Assembly (NCBI GenBank): GCA_016219865.1
Contig: JACRKF010000033.1
Location: 123,954 to 187,953 of the forward strand
Source of the DNA: Candidatus Woesearchaeota archaeon
GTDB taxonomy: Archaea > Nanobdellota > Nanobdellia > Woesearchaeales > DSVV01
Length of the DNA stretch: 64,000 nucleotides
Direction: 5' to 3'
Shown in pieces: positions 8,432-18,271 of this stretch (its first letter is position 1; each line of letters opens with the position of its first letter). Made by a program: the position numbers and the translations under genes. The notes beneath the pieces were generated by a model, which worked only from the letters and a program-made list of their open reading frames with translations, was not told where the DNA came from and searched no databases.

Positions 8432-8476
8432 TGCTGTGTTGCATAAATAATAAACTATTATTTATGCAACACAGCA
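8432..8476. repeat. Perfect 21-bp-arm inverted repeat between divergent ssb and nadE
   Basis: tgctgtgttgcataaataata-aac-tattatttatgcaacacagca. Confidence 0.85.
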
Positions 8477-8506
8477 TTTTTATACACCTCTCTCTTTCTT
8501 TGTAAT

Positions 8507-9211
8507 ATGCAGACAAAACTTCCTGGTGGTCAGATAACAAAATCTCTTAAACAATATTGCAGAAAACACAACATCACAAAAGCAGTATTAGGTGTCTCTG
8601 GGGGGATCGATTCAGCACTATGCGCAGCAATTGCAGTAAAAGCATTAGGACCTCAAAACGTAACAGCTTTGCTGCTTCCAGAAAAAGGAGTCACAAAAAA
8701 GCAGAATGTGGAAGATGCACTGCAATTGTGTAAGCAACTAAAAATTAATTATATTCTGCAACCAATTAATCCAATACTTAACACATATCTAAAAAATAGT
8801 GCATTCCCTCTAAACAATCTTGCAAAAATTAATCTCAAAGCAAGGATAAGAGCAACAATTCTTTACAGCTGCGCAAATACAAATAATGCAATTGTCATAG
8901 GCACAGGAAATAAGACCGAATTAACATTAGGCTACTTTACAAAATATGGTGATGGTGCTGTTGATATTCTGCCAATTGGTAATCTCTATAAGCAGCAAGT
9001 CAAAGAAATAGCATCCTTTCTAAAAGTCCCGCAACAAATTATTGACAAAAAGCCTACTGCAGAATTATATCGTGAACAAACAGACGAGCAAGAATTAGGC
9101 ATGAGTTATGAAGAACTTGATCATCGTTTACAAACAAATAAACTCACAACAGAGATAAAACAAATAATCAAGAAGAATCTGCACAAAACAAAACCAATAC
9201 CAATATTATAA
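8507..9211 (+). CDS. nadE: NH3-dependent NAD+ synthetase
   Basis: GVSGGIDS, NLKARIR, GTGNKTE, GYFTKYGDG, KKPTAEL. Confidence 0.95.
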   Translation: MQTKLPGGQITKSLKQYCRKHNITKAVLGVSGGIDSALCAAIAVKALGPQNVTALLLPEKGVTKKQNVEDALQLCKQLKINYILQPINPILNTYLKNSAFPLNNLAKINLKARIRATILYSCANTNNAIVIGTGNKTELTLGYFTKYGDGAVDILPIGNLYKQQVKEIASFLKVPQQIIDKKPTAELYREQTDEQELGMSYEELDHRLQTNKLTTEIKQIIKKNLHKTKPIPIL

Positions 9212-9240
9212 GAGAATTTTGCATTTTCGCAAAATTCTCT
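9211..9240. repeat. AGAGAATTTTGC palindrome family copy
   Basis: agagaattttgc-attttc-gcaaaattctct; related copies at 822-843, 20965-20993, 26989-27015, 38394-38415, 47119-47140, 52857-52877 and 52970-52994. Confidence 0.8.
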
Positions 9241-9278
9241 GCAAAAGCTTTATTAACCTTCTTTTATTCTAAAACCAT

Positions 9279-11033
9279 ATGACACGAATAGCTATAGTCA
9301 GAAGAGATCGTTGCAGTCCTCAAGCATGTGGTAACTATCTTTGTATTCGTGTTTGTCCTGTGAATAAGCAAGGCGCTGATTGCATTGTTAAGGGATTAGA
9401 TACAAAAGCTCAAATTATTGAAGAAACATGCATTGGTTGCAATATTTGTGTTGTAAAATGTCCATTTGATGCAATTTCCATTATTAATCTTCCTGAACAA
9501 TTAGATAATTCACCTATCCATCGATTTGGAACAAATAAGTATGCATTATACTCGCTCCCAACACCAATTTTTGGTAAAGTTGTAGGTATTGTTGGAATGA
9601 ATGGAATTGGTAAATCAACTGCAATAAAAATTCTTGCAGGATTATTGCAGCCAAATCTAGGAGAAACAACAGCAGTTGATTACAAGAGAATAATTGATTT
9701 TTTCAAAGGCACAGAAACACAAGCATTTTTCGAGAAAGTAAAGCAAGATAAAATCAAAATCTCTTACAAACCTCAGCATGTGGATTTAATTCCAAAAACA
9801 ACATCTGGAAAAGTAATTGATCTTCTCAAGAAAGTTGACGAAAAGAATCAAACAGAAAAGATAGCGGAATTGCTTGATATTCAATCTATCTTGCAGCATG
9901 ATATAAAACAGATTTCAGGTGGAGAATTGCAGCGTGTTGCAATAGCTGCATGCGTGTTAAGAAGAGCAAATCTTTATGTTTTTGATGAACCAACTTCATA
10001 CTTAGATATTAATCAGCGACTGCAGATTGCAAGATTCATTAAAGATTTAGCAAATGAAGATACAGCTGTTATTGTTATTGAACACGACTTGATTGCATTA
10101 GATTACATGGCAGATGTAGTTCATATCATGTATGGAAAAGAAGGTTGTTATGGCATTGTATCTCAGCCAAAAGCTGCAAAAGCTGGCTTAAACACATACT
10201 TAGAAGGATTTCTCAAAGAAGAGAATATGCGATTTAGGGAATTGCCAATTAAATTTGAGATAAAAGCTCCTTTTTCAACAGCAAGAAAACAATGTTTAAC
10301 TTCATGGAATAATTTTGATAAACAACTTGATAAGTTTAAACTTTCTGTGAATGCAGGAGAAATTTACAAACAAGAAATTATTGGTATTCTTGGACAAAAT
10401 GGTATTGGAAAAACAACATTTGTCAAGATTCTTGCAGGAATCATGGAACCAGATGATGCAAAGATAGATCTAAAAATGAAAGTTTCTTACAAGCCGCAGT
10501 ATATAGAGAATAATTCAGAAGAATTAGTAATCAATATTCTTCATCAAGCTATTGCAAAATACAGCAATGAGATTATTAAGCCATTAGAACTTGAGCCATT
10601 ATTTACAAAGCAGATAAATCAATTATCAGGTGGAGAATTGCAGAGAGTTGCTATAGCAGAATGTTTAGCAAGAGATGCAACTTTATTCTTACTTGACGAA
10701 CCATCTGCATACTTGGATGTAGAACAAAGATTATCTCTTTCAAAAATAATGCGTAATCTTGTTGAGACAAAAGCAATTACATTGCTTGTTGTTGATCACG
10801 ATTTATTATTCTTAGATTATCTAAGTGATAGATTGCTTGTTTTTACAGGTGCGCCTTCATTTGCTGGAACTTCACAAGGGCCATTTGCAATGGAGCAAGG
10901 CATGAATACATTATTGAAAGAAGTTAATATCACATTAAGAAGAGATGAATTCTCAGGAAGACCAAGAATTAACAAACCAGGGTCGCAATTGGATAGGGAG
11001 CAAAAACAAACAGGAAAATATTATTATGGTTGA
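9279..11033 (+). CDS. rli: Ribosome recycling ATPase ABCE1/RLI
   Basis: N-terminal Fe-S cysteines (CIGCNICVVKCP); two ABC domains (GMNGIGKST, GQNGIGKTT, SGGELQR x2). Confidence 0.97.
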   Translation: MTRIAIVRRDRCSPQACGNYLCIRVCPVNKQGADCIVKGLDTKAQIIEETCIGCNICVVKCPFDAISIINLPEQLDNSPIHRFGTNKYALYSLPTPIFGKVVGIVGMNGIGKSTAIKILAGLLQPNLGETTAVDYKRIIDFFKGTETQAFFEKVKQDKIKISYKPQHVDLIPKTTSGKVIDLLKKVDEKNQTEKIAELLDIQSILQHDIKQISGGELQRVAIAACVLRRANLYVFDEPTSYLDINQRLQIARFIKDLANEDTAVIVIEHDLIALDYMADVVHIMYGKEGCYGIVSQPKAAKAGLNTYLEGFLKEENMRFRELPIKFEIKAPFSTARKQCLTSWNNFDKQLDKFKLSVNAGEIYKQEIIGILGQNGIGKTTFVKILAGIMEPDDAKIDLKMKVSYKPQYIENNSEELVINILHQAIAKYSNEIIKPLELEPLFTKQINQLSGGELQRVAIAECLARDATLFLLDEPSAYLDVEQRLSLSKIMRNLVETKAITLLVVDHDLLFLDYLSDRLLVFTGAPSFAGTSQGPFAMEQGMNTLLKEVNITLRRDEFSGRPRINKPGSQLDREQKQTGKYYYG

Positions 11034-11047
11034 ACGATGATTGAATT

Positions 11048-11803
11048 ATGGTTGAGTTTCAAGAAACAAGAACTAAAGAAATCTTTGGAGAAAAGAAGAC
11101 AGATAATACTATCTTATATTATTCGTTGATGATTATAACTGTCCTTGTTCTTTTCTTGTTTATCATTTTGGCAAATTATAAAAATTCTATCTACAACTTT
11201 CCATTCTATAAATATGAATATGAGAAAAATGGAATCTACACAAAATTTGACAAAGCAATAGTAGATAATGCAACAATTAATCTTTTCCTCTATCTGAATA
11301 ACAATCAAGAAAATATCACCTCTCAATTTTTTTCAGAGCGTGATAAACTGCACTTAATTGATGTAAAACATCTTATAAAACTTTCAAAGATAGTTTATGC
11401 TATAGTTTTGATTTTATTCCTTTTATCATTATTTGCGCTATTTTATTTTTATAAACACAAATTCAAGAAATCATTTGCAAAGATTCTTATTATTGCATCA
11501 TTGCTATACATTATCATATTCATAGCAATAGCAGTAAATCAGACAAATGAAACATTTCAAAAGAAGTTCATTGATATTCACTACACTCTCTTTGATAATG
11601 ATTATTGGATCTTAGATCCTGAGAAAGATAATCTGATTAACTTGTTCCCTCAGCAATTTTGGTATGATATTGTGGAGAAGATTCTTAAGGATACTTTGTT
11701 GTATGCAATATTTCTATTGATAATAGGGGTAAATATATTTATTTATGTTTATTTAAAAAATAAATTTTTCACGGCAAAGAATAAAAGCAATAGTATCCAT
11801 TAA
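11048..11803 (+). CDS. Integral membrane protein (DUF1461/TIGR01906-like)
   Basis: HLIDVKHL and FIDIHYTLFDNDYWILDP...LINLFPQQFW pattern; several TM segments. Confidence 0.7.
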   Translation: MVEFQETRTKEIFGEKKTDNTILYYSLMIITVLVLFLFIILANYKNSIYNFPFYKYEYEKNGIYTKFDKAIVDNATINLFLYLNNNQENITSQFFSERDKLHLIDVKHLIKLSKIVYAIVLILFLLSLFALFYFYKHKFKKSFAKILIIASLLYIIIFIAIAVNQTNETFQKKFIDIHYTLFDNDYWILDPEKDNLINLFPQQFWYDIVEKILKDTLLYAIFLLIIGVNIFIYVYLKNKFFTAKNKSNSIH

Positions 11804-11824
11804 CCACATTAGTAGTCATAATTA

Positions 11825-11864
11825 TAGTATTTTCTGAGTGAGCGAAGCGAACTCGGAAATACTA
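11825..11864 (+). repeat. GA-GA hairpin family, copy 2
   Basis: tagtattttctgagt GA gc GAA gc GA actcggaaatacta, followed by a TATA-like ctttaaata. Confidence 0.8.
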
Positions 11865-11948
11865 AAGCTTTAAATAGTTATTCGTCATTCTGAAATTTCA
11901 TATAGCTATTAAAAAATAAAAAATTCAAGAAGAATAAGCGGTGATACA

Positions 11949-12185
11949 ATGTTATCTTATAAATTATTCACAACTCCAACCTGTGTTTATTGTCCTAAGG
12001 TAAAGGAATTTATGAAGACAGTAACATTAATCGGAGAATCAATTGATGCTTCTACTCCAGAAGGTTTTGAGTTAGCAAAAAAGTTTGAAGTTAGTTCTGT
12101 GCCGACAGTCTTATTCTTTGAAGATGATAAATTAGTTGGAACAACGCACAAAGTTGATGAAATAAAAAAGTTTTTGAGTATATAA
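11949..12185 (+). CDS. Glutaredoxin/thioredoxin-like protein
   Basis: CVYC motif and SVPT cis-Pro loop. Confidence 0.85.
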   Translation: MLSYKLFTTPTCVYCPKVKEFMKTVTLIGESIDASTPEGFELAKKFEVSSVPTVLFFEDDKLVGTTHKVDEIKKFLSI

Positions 12186-12403
12186 TCTAGATATTTCATA
12201 CAGTTAATCCAGTTAATCAATAGTTATAAAATTCTTGTCTCCTATCTTTGAAAATGTCATTATATTCATTGATCATTTTATTGATGTTGTAGACTGATAA
12301 TTTCTTATCTCCTGAAGAAAACCAAAGTTTTTCTTTATTGAATAAATGAATTTTTCTATAAGTATCGATTACTTTATTCTTCTTTTATTTATATTACTTG
12401 GCT

Positions 12404-12443
12404 TAGTTTTTCATGTGTGAGCGTAGCGAACACTGAAAAACTA
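12404..12443 (+). repeat. GA-GA hairpin family, copy 3
   Basis: tagtttttcatgtgt GA gc GTA gc GA acactgaaaaacta, at the stop of the minus-strand ATPase gene. Confidence 0.8.
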
Positions 12444-12444
12444 T

Positions 12445-15057
12445 TCATATTTCTGTATTCGTGCTTCCATGATACGCAACAGGAGAACTTCCACCGTGCC
12501 AGCTTATTCTTGGTCGTATTTTCATCGCATACATTCTTTCATTAGTGTCATCAAAGATAATTGCTGCACCAAATGTGCGCGGCAAATTATCTAATTGTGT
12601 AGTTAATCCTTCTCGCATATAACTTTGCATTAACGTTCCAAGTGCTTCTGTATCGAGTTTTGCTGTTATTCTATGGCTGATAACAGTATCGCTTTGTGTC
12701 ATGACATCTGTATGGATTTTTCCTGGCTGTTGTGTTGCTAAGATTAAAGAAATTCCAGGTTGTCTGCCTTCTCTAAGGATTGTAATTAAAGCATCGCTTG
12801 CTGCAGTTTTTCCAATGACTGGCAAGAACTCATGCGCTTCATCAATAACAAGCCAAACCATTGGCATATCTTGTTTTTCTTGTGGAGTCTCACTAAAATA
12901 ATGCAGCGCTGAATTTACTTGACCAAACTCCTCAAACTTTCTTGCAATCATTCTTTGAACGAATAATTTCTGCGCAATCAATCCAACAACAAGGCTTTTT
13001 ACAGCCCATCCACCTGGCATTGTTGCATAGCATGATACATCAAGAACAGTTACTTGACCCCCAGCAGCTAACTCTAAGAAAGGAGTTCCTTCTTTATCAA
13101 AAAGTCCCCATGATATTGTGTTCAAGAATCTATTTTCAACTGCATCTCGCACTGATTTCTCAGCATTAGTATCTTTTTTTACAGCAGCAATGATATCTTC
13201 AATTCCATAATCTATATTTTGTTCTTTTAATTGATTGACAATCCGTTCGATAAGTACGCCCATAGGATCATTTGCTGTAACATCAAATGTAAGCTGCCAA
13301 TCAGTTGCATCTAACTCACTTGGTTTTATTGAAAAAGGTTTGTCTGTTGGAATTCCTTCTTTTACATATCTTTTATAAAATCCAGCTGGCGTGTATATCT
13401 TGATATCAATAGGTTTTGATTTTAATTGCCATTCTTTCAATATCAGCTCATCTTTTTTATTAGGATATTTCATTGTCCAATAAACACCCATTGTATCAAG
13501 AATGATGACACTAATATTCTGCTTAACTTCATCAGGAAGATCACTAACACCCTCAGCAATGACACCCATTGTATAAGAGTTATGGACGATGATATCGTTT
13601 GCGATAAAATTATGAGTATCAGAAACAGTTAAGTCATATACTTCAAAATTACCTTCGATTTGCTGAAGTGAGATTATTTCATCCCAAAATATATCAGATG
13701 ATGCAAATTTCATAAGTAATTCAAATTCATCAGCTCTTGCAATCTGAAGTAATTTCTGTCGAGATGGAGAATAGCGTTTACTTTCTCTTAATGCTTTTGG
13801 ATGTTTATAACCTATTTTTCTCCCGATCTCTGCCCAATTATTTGGTGCATATAGATCCCATATCTCTTTTGGAATTGTATCAACGTTAGTATTGCGTATT
13901 ACTTGTGGTGATTCTAGTAAAGCAAGAGCAGCTCTTTCTTCTTTTCGTCCATAAAAACCAATTTCATTGATAAATTGATTTACATATTCACCATTAATTA
14001 CCAATTCATAAGCCGTATGAATTTCTTTAATTGTCCTATGCCTTAAGAAAGAAATTATACCAAATCGTAGTAAGAGATGTTGTACTTGTATAATCATTTG
14101 ATATGATGAAGAGCAATAAGAAACAGTCCATGTGCATTCACTTTTTCTATAAATTGTTCCATCACAAGAGAAAAGTCTATTCAAAAACAAAGATAATTGG
14201 TATTTTGGAAGAGTATAGATACATTCAGGTATGAATTTTTCTGGAGCAAGTTTATCATAAAGATTAAACTTTTCTATCCAGCTTCTTATGGAAGAATGAT
14301 CAAAATGAGGATTATTTACAAATTGTCCTTTGTCATTTCTATCACTTTGTTCATTCATCACTTTCTTGATTTGTGCAACACGAAAACAAAATTCATGGCT
14401 ATGATTTTCAACACGAAGATTTTTATCAAAATCATAAATACTTTGTTTGAAGTCATTTATTATCTTTCTATCTGAATTAGTAAATAATACAAAACCATTG
14501 CCAAGATGACCTTCTGCTATTAGGTAAGCAAGCAATTTAACTTCTGATTCTTTGAGATATTTATTTCCGAATGTTTCAACCTTCCTGGGTGTAGCAATTC
14601 TTGATGAAATGGAGAGTTTCTCAGCAGGAATCCATCCTTTTACTGTAAGCAGAGGATGTTCTGGTGTTAATCTTATTTTCTTTCCTGTTCTTAATTCAAT
14701 CTCAAGAAGTCTTGTAACTGAACGTTTATAAAACTGTGTTTTTAAACCTTGTTTTATCTTTAAATCTTCTGATAAAGTATATATGCTTTCATTATTCTCC
14801 GCAAGATCTTTAATTTTTCTAACACTGCCATCTCCTAATGGGATAATTGTATCCCCATCAAGACATTTTCCCCCTCCCCTTTTACCAACGATAAACACAA
14901 CGTGAGATCGGATAACATCAAGATAAATATTATTAGATAAAGAGGTAGTTTGTCCCATCTGGATGTATTGTCTGCCTAAGAATATTACTCCTTTCTTGCC
15001 AAACTTCTTCAGTTCATCCTCTGTTCTTCCAATGACTACGTCAAACATAATTTTCAT
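12445..15057 (-). CDS. HerA/FtsK-family (DUF87) ATPase containing an intein
   Basis: Walker A GKRGGGK|S split by intein; Walker B LVIDEAH; REGRQPG; ATQQP. Confidence 0.88.
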   Translation of the reverse strand: MKIMFDVVIGRTEDELKKFGKKGVIFLGRQYIQMGQTTSLSNNIYLDVIRSHVVFIVGKRGGGKCLDGDTIIPLGDGSVRKIKDLAENNESIYTLSEDLKIKQGLKTQFYKRSVTRLLEIELRTGKKIRLTPEHPLLTVKGWIPAEKLSISSRIATPRKVETFGNKYLKESEVKLLAYLIAEGHLGNGFVLFTNSDRKIINDFKQSIYDFDKNLRVENHSHEFCFRVAQIKKVMNEQSDRNDKGQFVNNPHFDHSSIRSWIEKFNLYDKLAPEKFIPECIYTLPKYQLSLFLNRLFSCDGTIYRKSECTWTVSYCSSSYQMIIQVQHLLLRFGIISFLRHRTIKEIHTAYELVINGEYVNQFINEIGFYGRKEERAALALLESPQVIRNTNVDTIPKEIWDLYAPNNWAEIGRKIGYKHPKALRESKRYSPSRQKLLQIARADEFELLMKFASSDIFWDEIISLQQIEGNFEVYDLTVSDTHNFIANDIIVHNSYTMGVIAEGVSDLPDEVKQNISVIILDTMGVYWTMKYPNKKDELILKEWQLKSKPIDIKIYTPAGFYKRYVKEGIPTDKPFSIKPSELDATDWQLTFDVTANDPMGVLIERIVNQLKEQNIDYGIEDIIAAVKKDTNAEKSVRDAVENRFLNTISWGLFDKEGTPFLELAAGGQVTVLDVSCYATMPGGWAVKSLVVGLIAQKLFVQRMIARKFEEFGQVNSALHYFSETPQEKQDMPMVWLVIDEAHEFLPVIGKTAASDALITILREGRQPGISLILATQQPGKIHTDVMTQSDTVISHRITAKLDTEALGTLMQSYMREGLTTQLDNLPRTFGAAIIFDDTNERMYAMKIRPRISWHGGSSPVAYHGSTNTEI
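13579..14865 (-). mobile_element. Intein with LAGLIDADG endonuclease (429 aa)
   Basis: CLDGDT start, TPEHPL block B, LLAYLIAEG and FLNRLFSCDG motifs, VYDLTV..HNFIANDIIVHN/S end. Confidence 0.95.
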
Positions 15058-15087
15058 TTTGATTTTTAACTATATATATTTATCGGC

Positions 15088-15125
15088 TATTTCCCGACTA
15101 AACGAGTGAAACGAGTTCGCAAATA
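15088..15125 (+). repeat. GA-GA hairpin family, copy 4
   Basis: aac GA gt GAA ac GA gtt core, then aaatactaaa and ctttataaa. Confidence 0.65.
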
Positions 15126-15166
15126 CTAAACTTTATAAACAAATCTCAATCCTAAAATCATCAAAG

Positions 15167-16363
15167 GTGATTATCTTGCCAGAAGAAAAAGTATCTGAAG
15201 AGAAAAAAGAAACTGAAACTCAAGAAACAGCTGAAAAGCACCATACTGAGCCTGTAAATGAAATGCATCAAGAGCAATTATTAAAGATTAATGTAAAACC
15301 AAAGAAAGATGATTCGGAAACACAAACACATCATGAATCTAAAGAACAAAGCGAACATAATGCACAGAAGCATCTTCACCATCATCCCCAGCATCATCAA
15401 CAAAAGAAACAATTTTATAAGAACAAATTCTTTTATGCAGCAGTTATTTTAGTCTTATTAATTGTAGGAATTCTCACAAGTTATCTTTTCATACAAACAA
15501 ACAAAAACACTTTAGTAACAGTCAATAATGAAAAGATAACTGCAGAAAATTTAGCAGATGAAATTAATTTATTACCTCCTCAGTACCAGCAAACAATTGG
15601 AAAAGAACAATTAGAAAAAACAATAGTAGAACAACTTATTGTAAAAAGATTATTACTTCAAGAAGCTGCTAAGAAACAGATAATTGTAACAGATGATGAA
15701 CTAAACAAAGCAATAGATGATTTTATCGCTTCAGTTGGTTTAACAAAGGAAGAATTCACAAAAAAGCTTCAAGAACAAGCAGGTTCAATAGATGCTGTTA
15801 AAGAAATATACAGGCAGCAATTGATTATTAATAAACTATTATCGCAAGAAGTCTATAATAAGATTATTCAAGATGATAAACAATTAGAGAACTATTACAA
15901 TGAAAACAAAGAAGATATTATACAGTTGCGTGCATCTCACATTCTACTCTGTTATAATTCATCAATGTTTTGCGCTAATAACAGGACAGAAGAACAAGCA
16001 AAACAATTAGGTGTTGACTTACTTAAGAAACTGGCAGCAGGAGAACAATTTGAACAGATAGCAAAGCAGTATTCAGATGATCCTTCTGCAAACAATGGCG
16101 GAGATTTAGGTTGGTTTGGAAAAGGAGATATGGTATTGCCTTTTGAAGAAGCATCTTTAAAATTAAATAAAGGTGAGGTTTCTCCATTAGTCAAAACACA
16201 ATTTGGTTATCATATCATAAGACTAACTGCAAAGAATGAATCATTTTCAGATTTAAAATCATTCATTGCAACAGCAACATCAGCAGAAAAGAAGCAAACA
16301 GCAGTAAAAGAATATATTGATGCATTAAAGAAAAGTGCTGTTATATTATATGCAAAGAAATAA
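15167..16363 (+). CDS. Membrane-anchored SurA/PrsA-like parvulin peptidyl-prolyl isomerase
   Basis: ASHIL, YSDDPS, GGDLGWF, TQFGYHII; one TM after a His/Glu-rich N-terminus. Confidence 0.88.
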   Translation: MIILPEEKVSEEKKETETQETAEKHHTEPVNEMHQEQLLKINVKPKKDDSETQTHHESKEQSEHNAQKHLHHHPQHHQQKKQFYKNKFFYAAVILVLLIVGILTSYLFIQTNKNTLVTVNNEKITAENLADEINLLPPQYQQTIGKEQLEKTIVEQLIVKRLLLQEAAKKQIIVTDDELNKAIDDFIASVGLTKEEFTKKLQEQAGSIDAVKEIYRQQLIINKLLSQEVYNKIIQDDKQLENYYNENKEDIIQLRASHILLCYNSSMFCANNRTEEQAKQLGVDLLKKLAAGEQFEQIAKQYSDDPSANNGGDLGWFGKGDMVLPFEEASLKLNKGEVSPLVKTQFGYHIIRLTAKNESFSDLKSFIATATSAEKKQTAVKEYIDALKKSAVILYAKK

Positions 16364-16384
16364 TCTTTTTAATTTTTCATTATC

Positions 16385-17611
16385 TTATATCCTCTCTTTC
16401 AACCTCTCCGGCAGCACACTTAATATATCTTTCTTAATTCTTTCATCAAAATCAACGCTTCTCTCTCCTTCCAGTTTTTCAGCTGATAATAATTGCAATA
16501 ATTGGAGTGTTGCTCTTTTTTCTTCTCCATCAAAGAAGGGATCATTAAGATTTCCAATATTCTCATCTATAATACTTTCTTCAATATTTTTATTGTTGCC
16601 AAGATCTGTTATGACAGAAATAAACTCTTTAGAGGTTAATCTTGTGATATTCTTCATGATAAAATAAGCTCCTCTCTCGTAAAGCTGCTGAAATAATAGT
16701 CTAAAATCAATATCGCTTGCTTTGCCGTGCAAAAGCTTTCCCCAAAAACGAAGTGTTGCAATTTTATCCTTAACATTATTTTTATTAAGCTCTTGAAGAA
16801 CAAAAGAATGAACTTCTTCAACAGTTTTATCCTCGCAATCAAATTCAAATGAAACAACATCATAGATCATTACAGGATGGTAAGTGACTGTATCATTCTC
16901 ATAGATATAAAACCCGCCGCATTTATATTTTTCAAGTTCTCTAAAATTATTAGGAAATAATGCTCCTGGATAAGTAAATAATCCATATTTTTCAGGTTTA
17001 TTCTGAAATATATAATGAACATGTCCTCCAGCATAATAATTAAATCCTTTAGGAAAGTAAGACAAAGGTGTTGAATCCATTAACTCTAACTCACTAGGTT
17101 TAAACTCAGTGATTGCAGTATGAAACATAAATATCTTAAATCCATCTTCTTTCTCCAGTTCATCAAGTGATAATGCTTGATAATAATATTTGTCTAACAT
17201 CCCTTTTTTTCCAAGCATACCTGTTATTTTAGCTCCAGTTTTATTATCAACTGTAAAAGAAAGATGTAATTTCTCCTCTTTAACAAAACCTTTGACAACA
17301 TTAACAAACAATTCTGCGCTTTCAATAACATCAAGCATTGTTTTTCCACTTGGTGAGAAATCATGGCTTCCTGCAATTACATACACAGCAATATTTTTCT
17401 TTTTTACTTCCTGTAGTTTCTCAACAACAATTTTTAATCGATCAATAGTTGGCAATGATGTGTTAAATAAGTCTCCGCTAATTAAGATAAAATCAACCTG
17501 CATTTCAATGCACATATCAATAGCTTTTACAAATGCATTAGTGCTGATATCGCGCATTTTGCTATCTCTCCATGAACCAATGTGGACATCACTCATATGC
17601 GCAAATTTCAT
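16385..17611 (-). CDS. mre11: Mre11/SbcD-like DNA repair nuclease
   Basis: SDVHIG, SGDLF, GSHD, MFH, GGHVH, YPG phosphoesterase motifs; near herA. Confidence 0.85.
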   Translation of the reverse strand: MKFAHMSDVHIGSWRDSKMRDISTNAFVKAIDMCIEMQVDFILISGDLFNTSLPTIDRLKIVVEKLQEVKKKNIAVYVIAGSHDFSPSGKTMLDVIESAELFVNVVKGFVKEEKLHLSFTVDNKTGAKITGMLGKKGMLDKYYYQALSLDELEKEDGFKIFMFHTAITEFKPSELELMDSTPLSYFPKGFNYYAGGHVHYIFQNKPEKYGLFTYPGALFPNNFRELEKYKCGGFYIYENDTVTYHPVMIYDVVSFEFDCEDKTVEEVHSFVLQELNKNNVKDKIATLRFWGKLLHGKASDIDFRLLFQQLYERGAYFIMKNITRLTSKEFISVITDLGNNKNIEESIIDENIGNLNDPFFDGEEKRATLQLLQLLSAEKLEGERSVDFDERIKKDILSVLPERLKERI

Positions 17612-17662
17612 AGAAATAGGAAATAACTAATTATATAAAAATTAGATGTATCAAGTCATCAT

Positions 17663-18271
17663 TCAACCAAATAAATTTCTAAAGAAATCAATAATTCTCT
17701 CAATAACTCCTTTTTTAATAACTGCATTATTCTCATCATTATTATTAATTATCTCAACAATTATATTGCTTTCATTATTATTGTTATTATTATCATAGTT
17801 ATTCTGATTATTTACTATTTCCGGAATTATATTGCTTTGTTTATCTGCTATAGCATCTTTGCTATTATTAACTATTTTTATCTCAGGGTTGTAATCAGTA
17901 ACTGCAGTTCCAGTTGATTCTTTTTTAATATCAATTCCTGCTACAAGTACAACACAAATATCCGATTCTTGTTCTTTGCTTCGCACTGGATATATATCTT
18001 TGACCCAGATTTTCACTTTTCCAATTGTTTCTAATTCTCCTTTTTCTATAACATATGTCTTGCTATTAATTAAAAAAATACAGCTTTCACCATCAATACT
18101 AACATCTTGAAAGACAATGCTTATGCCATTTTCAATCTTATTATTTTTTATCTTATCCATATGGATATAACTTTGCGCTAAGGCAAAAGAAGAGAACATA
18201 AGCAAGAGTATAAAAACTAAAGAAAGAATCAATAATCTCTTTCTATTGAGTGGGTTTTGTTTTTTCATCAT
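17663..18271 (-). CDS. Hypothetical secreted protein
   Basis: Signal peptide (..SFALA), Asn-rich linker, amphipathic [10 protein letters not shown] tail. Confidence 0.6.
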   Translation of the reverse strand: MMKKQNPLNRKRLLILSLVFILLLMFSSFALAQSYIHMDKIKNNKIENGISIVFQDVSIDGESCIFLINSKTYVIEKGELETIGKVKIWVKDIYPVRSKEQESDICVVLVAGIDIKKESTGTAVTDYNPEIKIVNNSKDAIADKQSNIIPEIVNNQNNYDNNNNNNESNIIVEIINNNDENNAVIKKGVIERIIDFFRNLFG

